From Deltaproteobacteria bacterium (GTDB taxonomy: Bacteria; Myxococcota; Kuafuiibacteriia; Kuafuiibacteriales; Kuafuiibacteriaceae), in the NCBI GenBank assembly GCA_016703535.1, contig JADJBV010000001.1:3998257-4062256 (forward strand): a stretch of 64,000 nt of DNA. The letters run 5' to 3'. How positions within the stretch are numbered: the first letter of the stretch is position 1; every line of letters starts with the position of its first letter. This document shows positions 47,761 to 57,772 of the stretch, piece after piece. Made by a program: the position numbers and the translations under genes. A model generated the notes under the pieces. That model made no database searches and was not told the origin of the DNA. It saw only the letters and a program-made list of their open reading frames with translations.

Positions 47761-48567
47761 TCACCACAGTTCTGAGGCCTGGGACTCGAGGCGACGCTCC
47801 GCTTCGGCCGACAACTCCGGGAAGAAGTTGAGCCCGGTCTGGCGCTCCACCTCGTCGACGCTCTCCAGCAAGGCGCTGAAGTCGTAGGGCGCGGAATAGG
47901 GCCGGTTCTCCGCGACCAACGCCAGGACCTCGGTGTGCCCCGCCTCGTCCTGGGCCAACAGGATCTTGAACATCGCGTCGGGCACCGCCACCCGCCCCGG
48001 CCCGATGGCCAACACGCTCTTTCGGTAGATGGGCCCGGTGATGATCCACAACTCCCCCCTCGCCTTCACCCACCCCCGCACCCGCTCCTCCAACATCCGC
48101 CACAACCCCTGATTGTTGGCGCTCACCTGAGGTACGGCGTTGGAGAGGAAAAAGGTCTCTTTGCGGAGCTCTTTGGTGCCGAAGTCGGCGTTGGGGGCCA
48201 GGTGCCCTCGGTCGTAGGTGTCGGTCGCGGCCCGGTAGTCGTCGTCTTCGGCCCGGGCTTCGGGCGGCAGGTTCGGATCGGACCGCCACTTGGGGCGCGC
48301 ACCGTCCACCTCGGCCTCCACCTCGGCCCGGGTCGGGTGGTGGACTACCCAAAGTGCCGTCTTTCGGTGATTCGAGTGGTCCAGCAGATACGCGGTGTGG
48401 CGGACGATCTGGCTCTGGATCAACACCGTGGTTCGGGGACAGCCGTAGGGGCCGCAAAGCGGATCGTCGAGCACCCTGGGCGGCAAGGGCGGCGGCGCCA
48501 CCCCCCCGGTGCTCCTGCAGGCCACCAGGCCCAGGAGGACGATCAGCTCAAGGCGCAGCGCCCGCAT
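47761..48567 (-). CDS. Secreted lipoprotein DNA/RNA non-specific endonuclease (NUC / Serratia-nuclease family).
   Basis: The ATG at 48567 gives the signal peptide MRALRLELIVLLGLVAC. The active-site motif is DRGHLAPNA. The start overlaps the 3' end of dctM by about 20 nt. The track ORF extension to 49032 lies out of frame within dctM and was rejected. Confidence 0.7.
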   Translation of the reverse strand: MRALRLELIVLLGLVACRSTGGVAPPPLPPRVLDDPLCGPYGCPRTTVLIQSQIVRHTAYLLDHSNHRKTALWVVHHPTRAEVEAEVDGARPKWRSDPNLPPEARAEDDDYRAATDTYDRGHLAPNADFGTKELRKETFFLSNAVPQVSANNQGLWRMLEERVRGWVKARGELWIITGPIYRKSVLAIGPGRVAVPDAMFKILLAQDEAGHTEVLALVAENRPYSAPYDFSALLESVDEVERQTGLNFFPELSAEAERRLESQASELW

Positions 48568-50359
48568 CGGGGGTGGGGCATGGGCCGAAGTCCGGGTTGC
48601 ACTCTTCGGGCAACGGCCCGGTCTTCGCGCCCGCCGGCGGACAAGCGCCGAAGTCTGGGTTGCACTCTTCTTCCACCGCCGCCTTTTTTCCGGCCGGCGG
48701 ACAGGCGCCGAAGTCCGGGTTGCACTCTTCTTCCACCGCCGTCGCCGCGCCGGCAGGCGGACAGTCCCCAAAGTCCGGGTTGCAGTCTTCGCTGGGCGCG
48801 ACGGTCGCGGTGTCGGTGGGCGGCACCTCACTCGGCGCCGGCTCACCCCACCGCTTGCGATCTTCCACGCTGCACGGTTTGGGATCGTTCGGGTCCCCTT
48901 GGACACACTCGAGCATCCAGGCATCCCGGGGCGGCAGGCCGTCCATTTCGGCTTGGGCCTTGAGGGCCGCGATGTCGCCTTCGATCGCCACGTCGCTGAT
49001 CCACGGGATGTACGAGACCAACACCAAGGCAAACAGTAGGATCCCCGCGAAGGGCAAGACCACCCGGTAGAGGCTGGCGACGGGGCGGTTGAAGCGGAAG
49101 CTGGCGATGAACAGGTTGAGCCCCAACGGCGGCATGCAGTAGGCCAACTCCAGGTTGAGGATGAAGATCATCCCCAGCTGAAAAGGCGACATGGCCTCTT
49201 CCGGCAGGCGCATCCCCAGGTCGGCCACGAAGGGCAAGATCAACGGCACCGCCACGAAGATGGCGCTGAAGCCCTCCATGATCATGCCCAAGATCAGGAG
49301 GAAGATGTTCATCACGATCAGGAACTCGAAGCGCCGTTCGATGCCGGCCTGCAACATCAGGTCGAGCAGTTGATTGGGGATCCGCTGATCGACCACGAAG
49401 TTCATCAGCGCGTTGGCCATGGCCAAGATCAAGATGATGGCCCCCGCCATACTCATGGCGTTCATGGCGATCCGGGGCAGGTCCTTCTTCCAGGAGAGAT
49501 CTCGGTAGACGAAAAACTCGACCACCAAGGTGTAGGCGGCCACCAGGCCGGCGCTTTCGTCGATCGACGCCATGCCCGTACCCAGCCCGAGGATCAGGAT
49601 GACCGGGATCAGGAGCTCCCACTTGAGCTCCCACAAAGAATTGACGATGGCGTCGAGGCGCGGCGGATCCCGCTGGACCTTCTCCCGGATGCCGACCACC
49701 GCCGAATAGATGGCCAAGAGGATGATCACCAAGAGGCCCGGGATGATCACCGCCTTGAAGGCCTTCACGAAGTCCACGTGGGCCACCAAGGCGAAGATCA
49801 ACAGCGGCAAAGAGTACGGCAGGAGGAGCCCCACCGAACCGCCGGTGGTCACCAACCCCAGGGAGAAGTCCTCCGAATAACCTTGTTTCCGGAGGGCCGG
49901 ATACAGGAGGCCACCGATGGCGATGATGGTGACGCCGCTGCCGCCGGTGAGGAGCGTAAAGACCGCGCTGGCCACCACCGCGACGATGGCCAAACCGCCG
50001 GGCAACCAACCAAGGACCGCCCGAGCCGCCGCCACCAAACGATCGGGCGTACGCGCCTCGGCCAACATGTAACCCACGAAGGTGAAGAGCGGGATGGTCA
50101 CCAAGATCGGCGAGTCCGAGAAGTGGGCGTCGAGGACCGTGGGCGCGATGAAGCGGAGGTGCCGATATTCGGCCTCGGCGTGGGTCAACCAAGCCAACTC
50201 GGCCGAGCCCCCCATGATCGCGAACAGCGGCGTGCCGAGGAGCGCAAAGGCCGCCACCAAACCGGCCAACCACGACAGGCCCGCGCCGATGCCCGCCACC
50301 GCCGCCCCGGCGACGCCGAAGCCAAACCTACCGAGGGGAGAGAGATCGCGACCGCTCAT
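48548..50359 (-). CDS. dctM: TRAP transporter large permease (DctM family) with a C-terminal Cys-rich tandem-repeat tail.
   Basis: Polytopic membrane protein with typical DctM segments (GGLLYPALRKQGY, LPFVADLG). The C-terminal 90 aa are non-membrane CNPDFGxCP repeats. Confidence 0.8.
   Translation of the reverse strand: MSGRDLSPLGRFGFGVAGAAVAGIGAGLSWLAGLVAAFALLGTPLFAIMGGSAELAWLTHAEAEYRHLRFIAPTVLDAHFSDSPILVTIPLFTFVGYMLAEARTPDRLVAAARAVLGWLPGGLAIVAVVASAVFTLLTGGSGVTIIAIGGLLYPALRKQGYSEDFSLGLVTTGGSVGLLLPYSLPLLIFALVAHVDFVKAFKAVIIPGLLVIILLAIYSAVVGIREKVQRDPPRLDAIVNSLWELKWELLIPVILILGLGTGMASIDESAGLVAAYTLVVEFFVYRDLSWKKDLPRIAMNAMSMAGAIILILAMANALMNFVVDQRIPNQLLDLMLQAGIERRFEFLIVMNIFLLILGMIMEGFSAIFVAVPLILPFVADLGMRLPEEAMSPFQLGMIFILNLELAYCMPPLGLNLFIASFRFNRPVASLYRVVLPFAGILLFALVLVSYIPWISDVAIEGDIAALKAQAEMDGLPPRDAWMLECVQGDPNDPKPCSVEDRKRWGEPAPSEVPPTDTATVAPSEDCNPDFGDCPPAGAATAVEEECNPDFGACPPAGKKAAVEEECNPDFGACPPAGAKTGPLPEECNPDFGPCPTPDAGAAP
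48585..48800. repeat. Tandem repeat of about 60 bp (roughly 3.5 copies) inside the 3' end of dctM.
   Basis: The unit gccgaagtccgggttgcactcttcttccaccgcc...cggcggacaggc recurs at 48585, 48647, 48707 and 48767 with few mismatches. On the - strand it encodes 20-aa repeats of the form EECNPDFGACPPAGKKAAVE. Confidence 0.75.
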
Positions 50360-51459
50360 GCTTGAGCCTCGCGCACGTCACCTTCGGATACGCCGTGGCC
50401 ACCCTCGACCTTGATCACGCCCAAGAGGACCAAGAGGGTTCGGAGCAAAAACTTCAGACCAATGACCAACAAACCAAAAGGCAAGATGAAGTTCAGATCT
50501 CGGATCAGAAGATCTCGACCTTCACCCGTGTCGGGGGCCACCACCGCCGGCATCTTGCTGGCGTTGGGATCGTCGGTGGACAACTTCAGACCTCGGACCG
50601 CGTCGGCCGGGAAGTGGGCCTCCCAGCCGCCCTCCTCGATCATCTGGTTCCACTCGGCGGCCTTGAGATAGGTATCATAACGGGTGCCGGCCAAGACCTT
50701 GGGGAACGTGTGAAGGTCCAGGCCCAGCTGCTTTCGGAGCAAGAAGAAGTCGGTGGACATGCCCTTCCCCACCGACCCCAGGCGTTCGCCGAAGCCGGTG
50801 TCGCAGAGGCCTTCGCCGTTTTCACAGCTGCGGAAGGCCTCGGCCCGATATTTGGTGACCGCGATGCTGTCGGTGAAGCCGAAGGACGCGGCGAAGCAGA
50901 CCAGGGCCGCCAGACACCAACCCATCACCGCGATCGGAATGACCAACTTTTCGGGCAAATAACGGGTCGCGACGTCGATGTTGATGTGTTTGCCTTTGGC
51001 GGCGGCGATCGATCCGCCGAGCAAGGCCACCCACAAGGTGAGGCGGGTGACGAACCCCCGAGGCCCACCGATCAACATCAAGGCGGAGGCGTTCTGGAGC
51101 CACCCGACGGCGTTGCTGGCCCAGTCGGTCCCGGCGCCCACCAAAAGTCGCCCCAACACCGCGCCGAAGCCGATCCCGGCGAAGGCCGCGAGGCGGGACA
51201 ACATCGGCCCGCGCTTACGGAGCGGCCAATAACAGATCAACCCACCGATGATCGCCCCGGCCACCACCCGGAAGATCAAACCCACCAGGTTGCCGCCCCG
51301 GGCGTAGTCGGCGGCCAAGCCCTTGAGCGAAACCCACACCGAAAGGGTCACCACCTCGGTGACCAGCACCCAAACGGCGAGGCGCGTCTCCAGCCGAAGC
51401 CAGAGCTGATCGACGCGCATCAACAGGGCCCCGAGGGGGCTGGGGGTGGAGCCGCTCAA
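50356..51459 (-). CDS. dctQ: TRAP transporter small permease (DctQ family), longer than usual.
   Basis: Four TM segments precede an inserted soluble segment of about 130 aa. There is a 4-nt overlap with dctM. Confidence 0.65.
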   Translation of the reverse strand: MSGSTPSPLGALLMRVDQLWLRLETRLAVWVLVTEVVTLSVWVSLKGLAADYARGGNLVGLIFRVVAGAIIGGLICYWPLRKRGPMLSRLAAFAGIGFGAVLGRLLVGAGTDWASNAVGWLQNASALMLIGGPRGFVTRLTLWVALLGGSIAAAKGKHINIDVATRYLPEKLVIPIAVMGWCLAALVCFAASFGFTDSIAVTKYRAEAFRSCENGEGLCDTGFGERLGSVGKGMSTDFFLLRKQLGLDLHTFPKVLAGTRYDTYLKAAEWNQMIEEGGWEAHFPADAVRGLKLSTDDPNASKMPAVVAPDTGEGRDLLIRDLNFILPFGLLVIGLKFLLRTLLVLLGVIKVEGGHGVSEGDVREAQA

Positions 51460-51466
51460 GGACGGC

Positions 51467-52495
51467 TCACTTCACGATCCGATCGAAGACTTCCGGAGTG
51501 AAGGGGGCGCCACGGAGTGACTTGCGAGTTTCGGCGAAGATCTGCTTCCACTTCTCCAACTCTTCAGGGGTCGGGGTGTAAGTGGTCTTGCTCTTCTTCA
51601 TCCGCATGAAGGCCTGGCCGTCTTGGACCCGGATGGTGTTGGTCAAGGTCTCGGCGTTTCGCTTGCCGGTGCTGAAGAGGATCTCTTTGAGGTCGGCGGG
51701 CATCGCCTCGATCTTCTCCTTCTTGATCACCAAGGCGCCGATGCCGAAGGAGGTGGTCACCGCGGTCAGGTGGGTCACCTTGGAGGCCAGCTGGAGCTGC
51801 TCGGCCACGTAGGGCGCGATGTTGATCAGCTGGATGTCTTTGCCCAAGTGGCTGCCCAACTCACCGATGCTGGTCGGGTTGGCCTTGAGGCCCACCTTGC
51901 TGAAGAACAAGGGCGACACCGGGTCACCGGGGAGGTGCCAGGCCGACTTGTCCTTGAGATCGGCCGGAGACTTCACCTCGAAGCCGACGGTCATCACCTT
52001 GGCCGCGCCGACGTCGCCCCAACCCAAGATCTCGAAGCCGCGCTTTCGGAACTCATCCTCGAAGAAGGTGCGTTCCGCGTTCCGAGCCGCGTCCAGGGCC
52101 GGCCAGTTCTCGAACAAGCCCGGGAGCTGGAACAACAAGACGTCCTTGTAGATCTCACCCAGGCCGATGGCGGTCATGGCCGCGCCGTGTTTTTGGCCCT
52201 GGCGCAGGTCGGCGACCATCCGCAGTTCGTCGCCGCCGCCGCCTCCGTTCCAGTACCACTTGAGGTTCAAGCGGCAGTCGGACTCGGAGAGGGCCTCGTC
52301 GGTCCAGGCCTGAAAGACCTTGGCCCACTGGGATCCGGCGGGCGCCAAGGTGACCATCTTCAGCTCGGCCTTCACGACCGAAGGATCGGCTTTGATCTTC
52401 TTCAGGCACTCGTCGACCGGGGTCTTGGCCGAGGCGCTGCTGGCGCCGAACACGAAGCTGGCGATGAGGGTGGCGTTGAGGAGTCGGCGAAACAT
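51467..52495 (-). CDS. dctP: TRAP transporter substrate-binding protein (DctP/TatP family).
   Basis: A signal peptide and the periplasmic SBP type 7 fold pattern. There is a 1-nt overlap (TGATG) with the upstream TatT-like gene. Confidence 0.7.
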   Translation of the reverse strand: MFRRLLNATLIASFVFGASSASAKTPVDECLKKIKADPSVVKAELKMVTLAPAGSQWAKVFQAWTDEALSESDCRLNLKWYWNGGGGGDELRMVADLRQGQKHGAAMTAIGLGEIYKDVLLFQLPGLFENWPALDAARNAERTFFEDEFRKRGFEILGWGDVGAAKVMTVGFEVKSPADLKDKSAWHLPGDPVSPLFFSKVGLKANPTSIGELGSHLGKDIQLINIAPYVAEQLQLASKVTHLTAVTTSFGIGALVIKKEKIEAMPADLKEILFSTGKRNAETLTNTIRVQDGQAFMRMKKSKTTYTPTPEELEKWKQIFAETRKSLRGAPFTPEVFDRIVK

Positions 52496-53451
52496 CAGCT
52501 ACCTCCGGCCGGGGCCGTGTCGGTCACCGGCTCGATGCTGCAAGCGTTGAACATGCGGTCGGGCGACAGCCAGCGCCGCGCCTTCCGTTGGGCGATGGTG
52601 TTGGTCAGACGGAGCGCCGGGTCCGGATCTTCAGCGGCGATCACCTCTTCCAACAGCTTGGTGTAGAGGGCGGCGTCGGCCTTGGCGCAGGCGTAACGGG
52701 TCGCGTAGTTGAACAGCACCAACAAGGACTTACGCCCGGTGGCCTCGATGGCCTTTTCGAAGAGGACCTTCCCCTCCTCGGGTTCAGCGCTGGCGGTCCG
52801 GGCGTGATAGGCGCCCAAGACGATCAACCCCGAGTACTGGTTGTAGCCGGGATCCAGGGCCACCGCCTTCTCCAGGATGGCCACCGCCACGAAGAGGTTG
52901 GCCACCGCTTCGGCGTCGTCTTTCATCAGGTTGGTGCGGGCCAACCAGGCGTAGCCGATCCAAAAGATGTCGGCGGCGTCCGAAGCTTCGGTGAAGTTTT
53001 GGTCGAGCCAAGCCCGCAGACCCGAGTCGGAGGCCTGGGCCTCGGTGAACCCGGTGATGCCGCGTTTGTCCCACAGCTCTTGGCCGTACGCGATGGCCCG
53101 GCCGTAGGCCCGGATGGCGCGCTTTCGGTGGTAGTCGGCCAGGGCCCGATCCCCCGCGTCTTCGGCGGCCTCCATCTCGTCTTCGGCGAACCCATAAGCG
53201 AAGCCGGCGTAGGCCTTGCTCAACATGAACAGCGCGTCTTGGTTGTCGGGCGACAAGACGTGCATGCCCTCGAACTGGATGATGCCGGCGGAGGCGGCGT
53301 TGTACGCCATCTCCCAGTCCCCGATGGTGTCGAAGGCCACCGACGCTTTGCGGGTGCCTTCGATCTGACCGTTGACCAGGGCCTGCTTGATGCAGCCGGT
53401 ACCGGTCACGAGGAGCAATAGGATGGGCGACACCCGAAGGGAGATCGTCAC
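52495..53451 (-). CDS. TatT-like TPR lipoprotein associated with a TRAP transporter (TPAT system).
   Basis: GTG at 53451 gives the signal peptide VTISLRVSPILLLLVTGTGC with a lipobox. The protein is helical and TPR-like, and sits first in the operon with dctPQM. Confidence 0.55.
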   Translation of the reverse strand: MTISLRVSPILLLLVTGTGCIKQALVNGQIEGTRKASVAFDTIGDWEMAYNAASAGIIQFEGMHVLSPDNQDALFMLSKAYAGFAYGFAEDEMEAAEDAGDRALADYHRKRAIRAYGRAIAYGQELWDKRGITGFTEAQASDSGLRAWLDQNFTEASDAADIFWIGYAWLARTNLMKDDAEAVANLFVAVAILEKAVALDPGYNQYSGLIVLGAYHARTASAEPEEGKVLFEKAIEATGRKSLLVLFNYATRYACAKADAALYTKLLEEVIAAEDPDPALRLTNTIAQRKARRWLSPDRMFNACSIEPVTDTAPAGGS

Positions 53452-53483
53452 GTCGCCCGGGTTAACAGCGGACCACCGGTGAG

Positions 53484-56400
53484 TCAATCCGCCCTCGCTT
53501 CGCTCTTCCGCGGAGTCCCAAGGCGCAGCGCAAACTCGAGCTCGTTGCCGGCCAAGGTCAGGACCTCGGTCTCCAGGCCCGCCGCCCGCCACACCCGCTC
53601 GACCCGGGGATCTTCAGCGACCTCATCCGAAAGCACCAGCTGGCCCGGCGCCGCCAGACCCAGCAGGCGGTGGGTCCGGTTGACCGAACGACCGAAGTAG
53701 TCGAGCCGATCGTTGACGGTGGCGGCCATCGCCCGACCCCGATGGATGGCGGCGATCAGCGGCAGCCCCGGCGCCGAAGCACGCCCCAAGATCGCCAGCC
53801 CGGCCCGGACCGCGTCTTCGGTCGAGGTGAAGGCCGCGACGATCCCGTGCCCGGCGGTCTTGACCAAGGCGCCGCCCGCCTCCTCGACCTGGGCGCTCAA
53901 GCCGCTGAGCAAGAGGTGGAGCTCGCCCAACATCTTGGCGTCCCCCAACTCTCGGTAGAGCCGATCCGGATCCGCCAGATCGGTGATCAACAAGGTGATC
54001 GACTCCAACCCGACCAAGGTCTCGGCCTTGAAGGTCTGCTCGGGGAACAGGCGGCGAAAGAGCGGATGGGCGCTGGCGTCGGCGGCGGTGAAGGCGTCGT
54101 CTCGGCCACGGCTCCGCTCGAGGCGCACCACCTGCTCCCCTTCGATCAAAGAGCTGAGGCTCAAGGTGACCAAACCCGCCCCCACCGGCCGGAGCGGGCC
54201 CGGCGCCTCTGGTCCCAACTCCACGTCCAGGCGATCGGGCCCGACCGGCTCGACCAACAGCCGGGCGCGCCAGGGCGCACCGACCACCCGCAGCTCGTAA
54301 GGCCCAGGCTCCAGCGAAAGGTGAGCCGTATAACGTTCCTTCGCTTGCAAGCGGAGTTGCAAAACCGCGTGGGGCGAGTGGGCCGGCCCGCCCACACAAT
54401 AGGTCCGGACTTCGGTGCGGCGGACGTCAGCGTGGGGCCGAAAGATCAACTCCACCGAACGGGACAAATCGACCTCATAACCCAAGTTGCAGGCCTCGCA
54501 GTGGGCGTGGGCCGCGATCGCCTGGAGCGACTCGACCACCGTCGATGGGATCCGGCAGGTCGGACAGATCACGTCCCAAAGCGGCACCAACAGGCCGCAG
54601 GCCGCCCCCTCCAGGCACATCTTCACCACTTGCCGCTCCGGCAAATTCAGGCGCCGGGCCAAGGCCAAAGGCCGGATCCGCGCCACCTCGGGTTCCGGCG
54701 CTCGCCCCAACCAATCGACGAAGGCCGCCTTCACCTCCACCGGCACGTCCAACTTGGCGCCCAGCTCGAGCATCCGGCCTTGCCGCGGGTTGTAGGCCTC
54801 CTCCTCGAAAGGATCGGTCAAGCTGGGATCACCCATGGCCCCCGCCACCACCGCGCCGATCCGCTGGTAGACCGCGTCCAGTCGCCGGGCCAGCCGCTGG
54901 CGGGTCTCCAGGAAAGCGGCGGCGCGCCCGAGGAAGTTGCGAGGTTGGAGCCAAAGCCGATGGGTCAACACCGTCCGGCCCCCTTCTTTCGGCACCAGCT
55001 CGACGGCGCTGACGTACCAGTGGAGTGGTCCACTTTCGTATTCGCGCACCACCCCCAAACGTTGGCCTTCGATCCACTCGAAGGGCCGCTCCTGCCAACG
55101 TAAGGTCAGCCCCACCTGTTTGGCCTCACCGCGAACCCGGCTGCCCCCTTCGGGCACGGGCTCGAAGCTCCAGTTCACCGCCGGCAGGCCGATGGCCCGA
55201 TTGAGGCGTTCGGTGTTGGCGACCTTGGGCCAAAGTTGTTCGGGAGGCGCCGGCAGATCGTAACGCCGGGACAAGGTCATCACCTGGGAGAGATCGGCGT
55301 GGGCCGGCAGGCCCGGGTGTTCGAAGGTCGGGGGCGCACCCAACAAGGCTTCGATGCGGGACAACAGGGCGGTCGCGTCGGCCGGGCGTTGGGCCGGATC
55401 TTTGGCCAAGGCGGCGGCCACCAGGTCCACCACCCCCGCCGAAAGGCCCGGCGCCACCGTCGACAAGGAGGGCGCGGGTTGATGGACGTGGGCGTACATC
55501 ACCGCCGCGGTGGTTTCGGCGCTGAACGGGGCCAATCCACTCAATAGATCGAACAACACCACCCCCAAGGCGTAGACGTCGGTGGCCGGGCTGACCGCGG
55601 CGCCGATGGTGCACTGCTCCGGCGCCATATATTTGGGCGTGCCGACCGCCCCACCGTCGGTGAGATCGGTCTTGGTGCCCACGTCGTTTTGCACCGTTCG
55701 TTTGGCGATCCCAAAGTCGCAAAGGCGCACTTGGAACGGCAGCTGGCCCGGACCGCTCGGCGTCCGAGGCGACAACAACACATTCCCGGGCTTGAGGTCC
55801 CGGTGCACGATGCCTCGGGCGTGGGCGGTGGCCAGGCCTTTGGCGACCTCGGCCACGATCATCAAGGCCTGACGTTCGGGCAGCCGGTCTTTGTCCTTTT
55901 TGTACTCGAGGAGGCTGGGCCCCACCACCAACTCCAAGGCCAGGTAGAGGCGTCCTTGATCTTCGTTGACCTCGTAGAGCTCCACCACGTTTTCGTGGCG
56001 GACGTCGGCGAGCAGGCGGGCCTCCCGGCGAAAGCGGCGCAGCACTTTTTCGTCGTCGACCAAGCTCGGGTTGATCACCTTGAGGGCCACCGCCCGACCG
56101 GTCCCCAACTCGTGGGCGCGATACACGTCGCCCATCGAACCTTGGCCGATCTCCGCCTCCAGCCGATAACGGCCGAGGGTCATGCCCGGCGTCAGTCGGG
56201 GCACGCCGGGCCGAAAGGTCGGCGCCGGGGGCACGGCGGGCCCCAAACGTACGGTGGGATCGACGCCGCCGGTGCTCTCCAAACGCCCGATCGCCGCCTG
56301 ATCCGCTTCGACTGGGGCCCCCGCCGACAACCAAGGGCCCAAGATCTGGGACAACTCGGCGGCGGTCGGTCGTTCGTAGGGATCGAGGGCCAACAGGTTG

Positions 56401-57002
56401 GAGAAGGCGGTCTGCACCGGCGCTGGTCCCCCCAAACGCCAAAGCGGATCGGTGACGCCAAGGCCAAGCAGCTGCAGCAACAAACGGCCCAGGGCTTGGA
56501 GATCACCTTCGACCGTCGCCCGGGAGGCTCCGAAGGTGCCGTAGGTGGGCGCGGTCTCGAGGGCGGTGCAGTCGAGCCAGGGATCCTGGTGTTCGTCGAG
56601 GCCAACGGTTTCGGGCGCCAAGTTGCCGTGGGCCAGCCCTTGGGCGTGCACCCGGTCGATCACCTGCAGCAGCGCCGCGCCGACCCGTCCCGCCGCTCTT
56701 CGCTCCGGTTTTTTGGAGAGCCACTCGGCCAAACTTTGTACCGAACGTTGGGCCACCGCCACGTAGGGCCGTTGAGCGCCGAGCCGATGATCGACCACCG
56801 GCTCCAACCCGGGCGTCTGGATCGCCGACAACACCTGAGCTCGCCGTTCGATGGTCCGTCGCCGCTCCGGGGTCAGGGGGCCGCTGCGCAAGACGTGCAA
56901 CGTCAAGAGTTGACCTGAACCCGGCTCCTGGGCCCGGTAACGGGCGCCTTCCACGCCACCTGGCAGGACCTCGACGATCGGATATCCGGCGAGCGCCTTC
57001 AT
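53484..57002 (-). CDS. Multidomain Ser/Thr protein kinase: an N-terminal degenerate kinase-like domain, a canonical STPK domain, an SRPBCC-like domain, a zinc-ribbon, and a C-terminal class III nucleotidyl cyclase-like domain.
   Basis: The STPK motifs are YRLEAEIGQGSMGDVYRA, HRDLKPGNVLL, DFGIAK and GTPKYMAPE. The C-terminal LITDLADPDRLYRELGD...VKTAGHGIVAAF is cyclase-like. Confidence 0.75.
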   Translation of the reverse strand: MKALAGYPIVEVLPGGVEGARYRAQEPGSGQLLTLHVLRSGPLTPERRRTIERRAQVLSAIQTPGLEPVVDHRLGAQRPYVAVAQRSVQSLAEWLSKKPERRAAGRVGAALLQVIDRVHAQGLAHGNLAPETVGLDEHQDPWLDCTALETAPTYGTFGASRATVEGDLQALGRLLLQLLGLGVTDPLWRLGGPAPVQTAFSNLLALDPYERPTAAELSQILGPWLSAGAPVEADQAAIGRLESTGGVDPTVRLGPAVPPAPTFRPGVPRLTPGMTLGRYRLEAEIGQGSMGDVYRAHELGTGRAVALKVINPSLVDDEKVLRRFRREARLLADVRHENVVELYEVNEDQGRLYLALELVVGPSLLEYKKDKDRLPERQALMIVAEVAKGLATAHARGIVHRDLKPGNVLLSPRTPSGPGQLPFQVRLCDFGIAKRTVQNDVGTKTDLTDGGAVGTPKYMAPEQCTIGAAVSPATDVYALGVVLFDLLSGLAPFSAETTAAVMYAHVHQPAPSLSTVAPGLSAGVVDLVAAALAKDPAQRPADATALLSRIEALLGAPPTFEHPGLPAHADLSQVMTLSRRYDLPAPPEQLWPKVANTERLNRAIGLPAVNWSFEPVPEGGSRVRGEAKQVGLTLRWQERPFEWIEGQRLGVVREYESGPLHWYVSAVELVPKEGGRTVLTHRLWLQPRNFLGRAAAFLETRQRLARRLDAVYQRIGAVVAGAMGDPSLTDPFEEEAYNPRQGRMLELGAKLDVPVEVKAAFVDWLGRAPEPEVARIRPLALARRLNLPERQVVKMCLEGAACGLLVPLWDVICPTCRIPSTVVESLQAIAAHAHCEACNLGYEVDLSRSVELIFRPHADVRRTEVRTYCVGGPAHSPHAVLQLRLQAKERYTAHLSLEPGPYELRVVGAPWRARLLVEPVGPDRLDVELGPEAPGPLRPVGAGLVTLSLSSLIEGEQVVRLERSRGRDDAFTAADASAHPLFRRLFPEQTFKAETLVGLESITLLITDLADPDRLYRELGDAKMLGELHLLLSGLSAQVEEAGGALVKTAGHGIVAAFTSTEDAVRAGLAILGRASAPGLPLIAAIHRGRAMAATVNDRLDYFGRSVNRTHRLLGLAAPGQLVLSDEVAEDPRVERVWRAAGLETEVLTLAGNELEFALRLGTPRKSEARAD

Positions 57003-57763
57003 GGGTTCGCGATCAGGAAGAGCCGACGAAAGGGGAAGAGGGTCTCACCGGTCGCCTCGGGCGGATAGGCCTGGCGCAAGCGGGCGGCGTATTCGGCCTC
57101 GAACTGGGGGCGCTCCTCGGGGGCCAGGGCCGAAAGCAGCGGCACCAGGGCGGTTCCGCGCACCCAACGCAACACCGGATCTTCGCCGGTCAACACCTGC
57201 AGGTATTCGGTCTCCCATAGATCGAGCCGGGCCGCGTAGGGCCGGAGCCAACGGTAATACGCCGCGGGTGGGGCCACTGGATCCACCCGGAGCAACGGGG
57301 CGAGCCGGGGGGCCCATGGGCCTTCTTGGGCCACGGCCCGGAGCAGGCGGTGGCTGGGGGCGTCGAAGTTCCGCGGCATCTGCACCGCCAAGACCCCACC
57401 CGGCGTCAGGTGGGCCATCCAGCGGGGGAACAGCCCCGGGTGATCGTCGAGCCACTGAAAGGTCGCGTTGGCGTAGACCAGATCGTAGGCCCGAGGCGGC
57501 AACCAAGTTTGCAAGTCAACTTGCAACCACTCGGCCCGAAGCCCGGTGGCTCGCGCCGCCGTCAACATGCCCGGGGCGTTATCGACGCCCAAGACCTGGG
57601 CCTCGGGATATCGGGCCAAGAGGAGCGCCGTCGAGTTGCCTGGGCCACACCCCAAGTCCACGACGTGCCGCGGATCGTTCAGCGGGACCCGGGAGAGCAG
57701 CTCGGCCGCGGCCCGGGTCCGTTCATCGCCAAATTGGAGGTAGGTCTGCGCGTCCCAGGCCAC
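56999..57763 (-). CDS. tam: Trans-aconitate 2-methyltransferase.
   Basis: MAWDAQTYLQFGDERTRAA.DLL.RVP and VVDLGCGPGNST (SAM motif I). Confidence 0.8.
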   Translation of the reverse strand: MAWDAQTYLQFGDERTRAAAELLSRVPLNDPRHVVDLGCGPGNSTALLLARYPEAQVLGVDNAPGMLTAARATGLRAEWLQVDLQTWLPPRAYDLVYANATFQWLDDHPGLFPRWMAHLTPGGVLAVQMPRNFDAPSHRLLRAVAQEGPWAPRLAPLLRVDPVAPPAAYYRWLRPYAARLDLWETEYLQVLTGEDPVLRWVRGTALVPLLSALAPEERPQFEAEYAARLRQAYPPEATGETLFPFRRLFLIANP

Positions 57764-57772
57764 GGGCCAAGG

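Noticed and set aside
47761-49032. 423 aa track ORF for the nuclease gene extended up to 49032.
   Set aside because: The N-terminal 155 aa are R/K/P/S/T-rich out-of-frame translation of the dctM repeat tail. A good lipoprotein signal peptide begins at the internal ATG at 48567.
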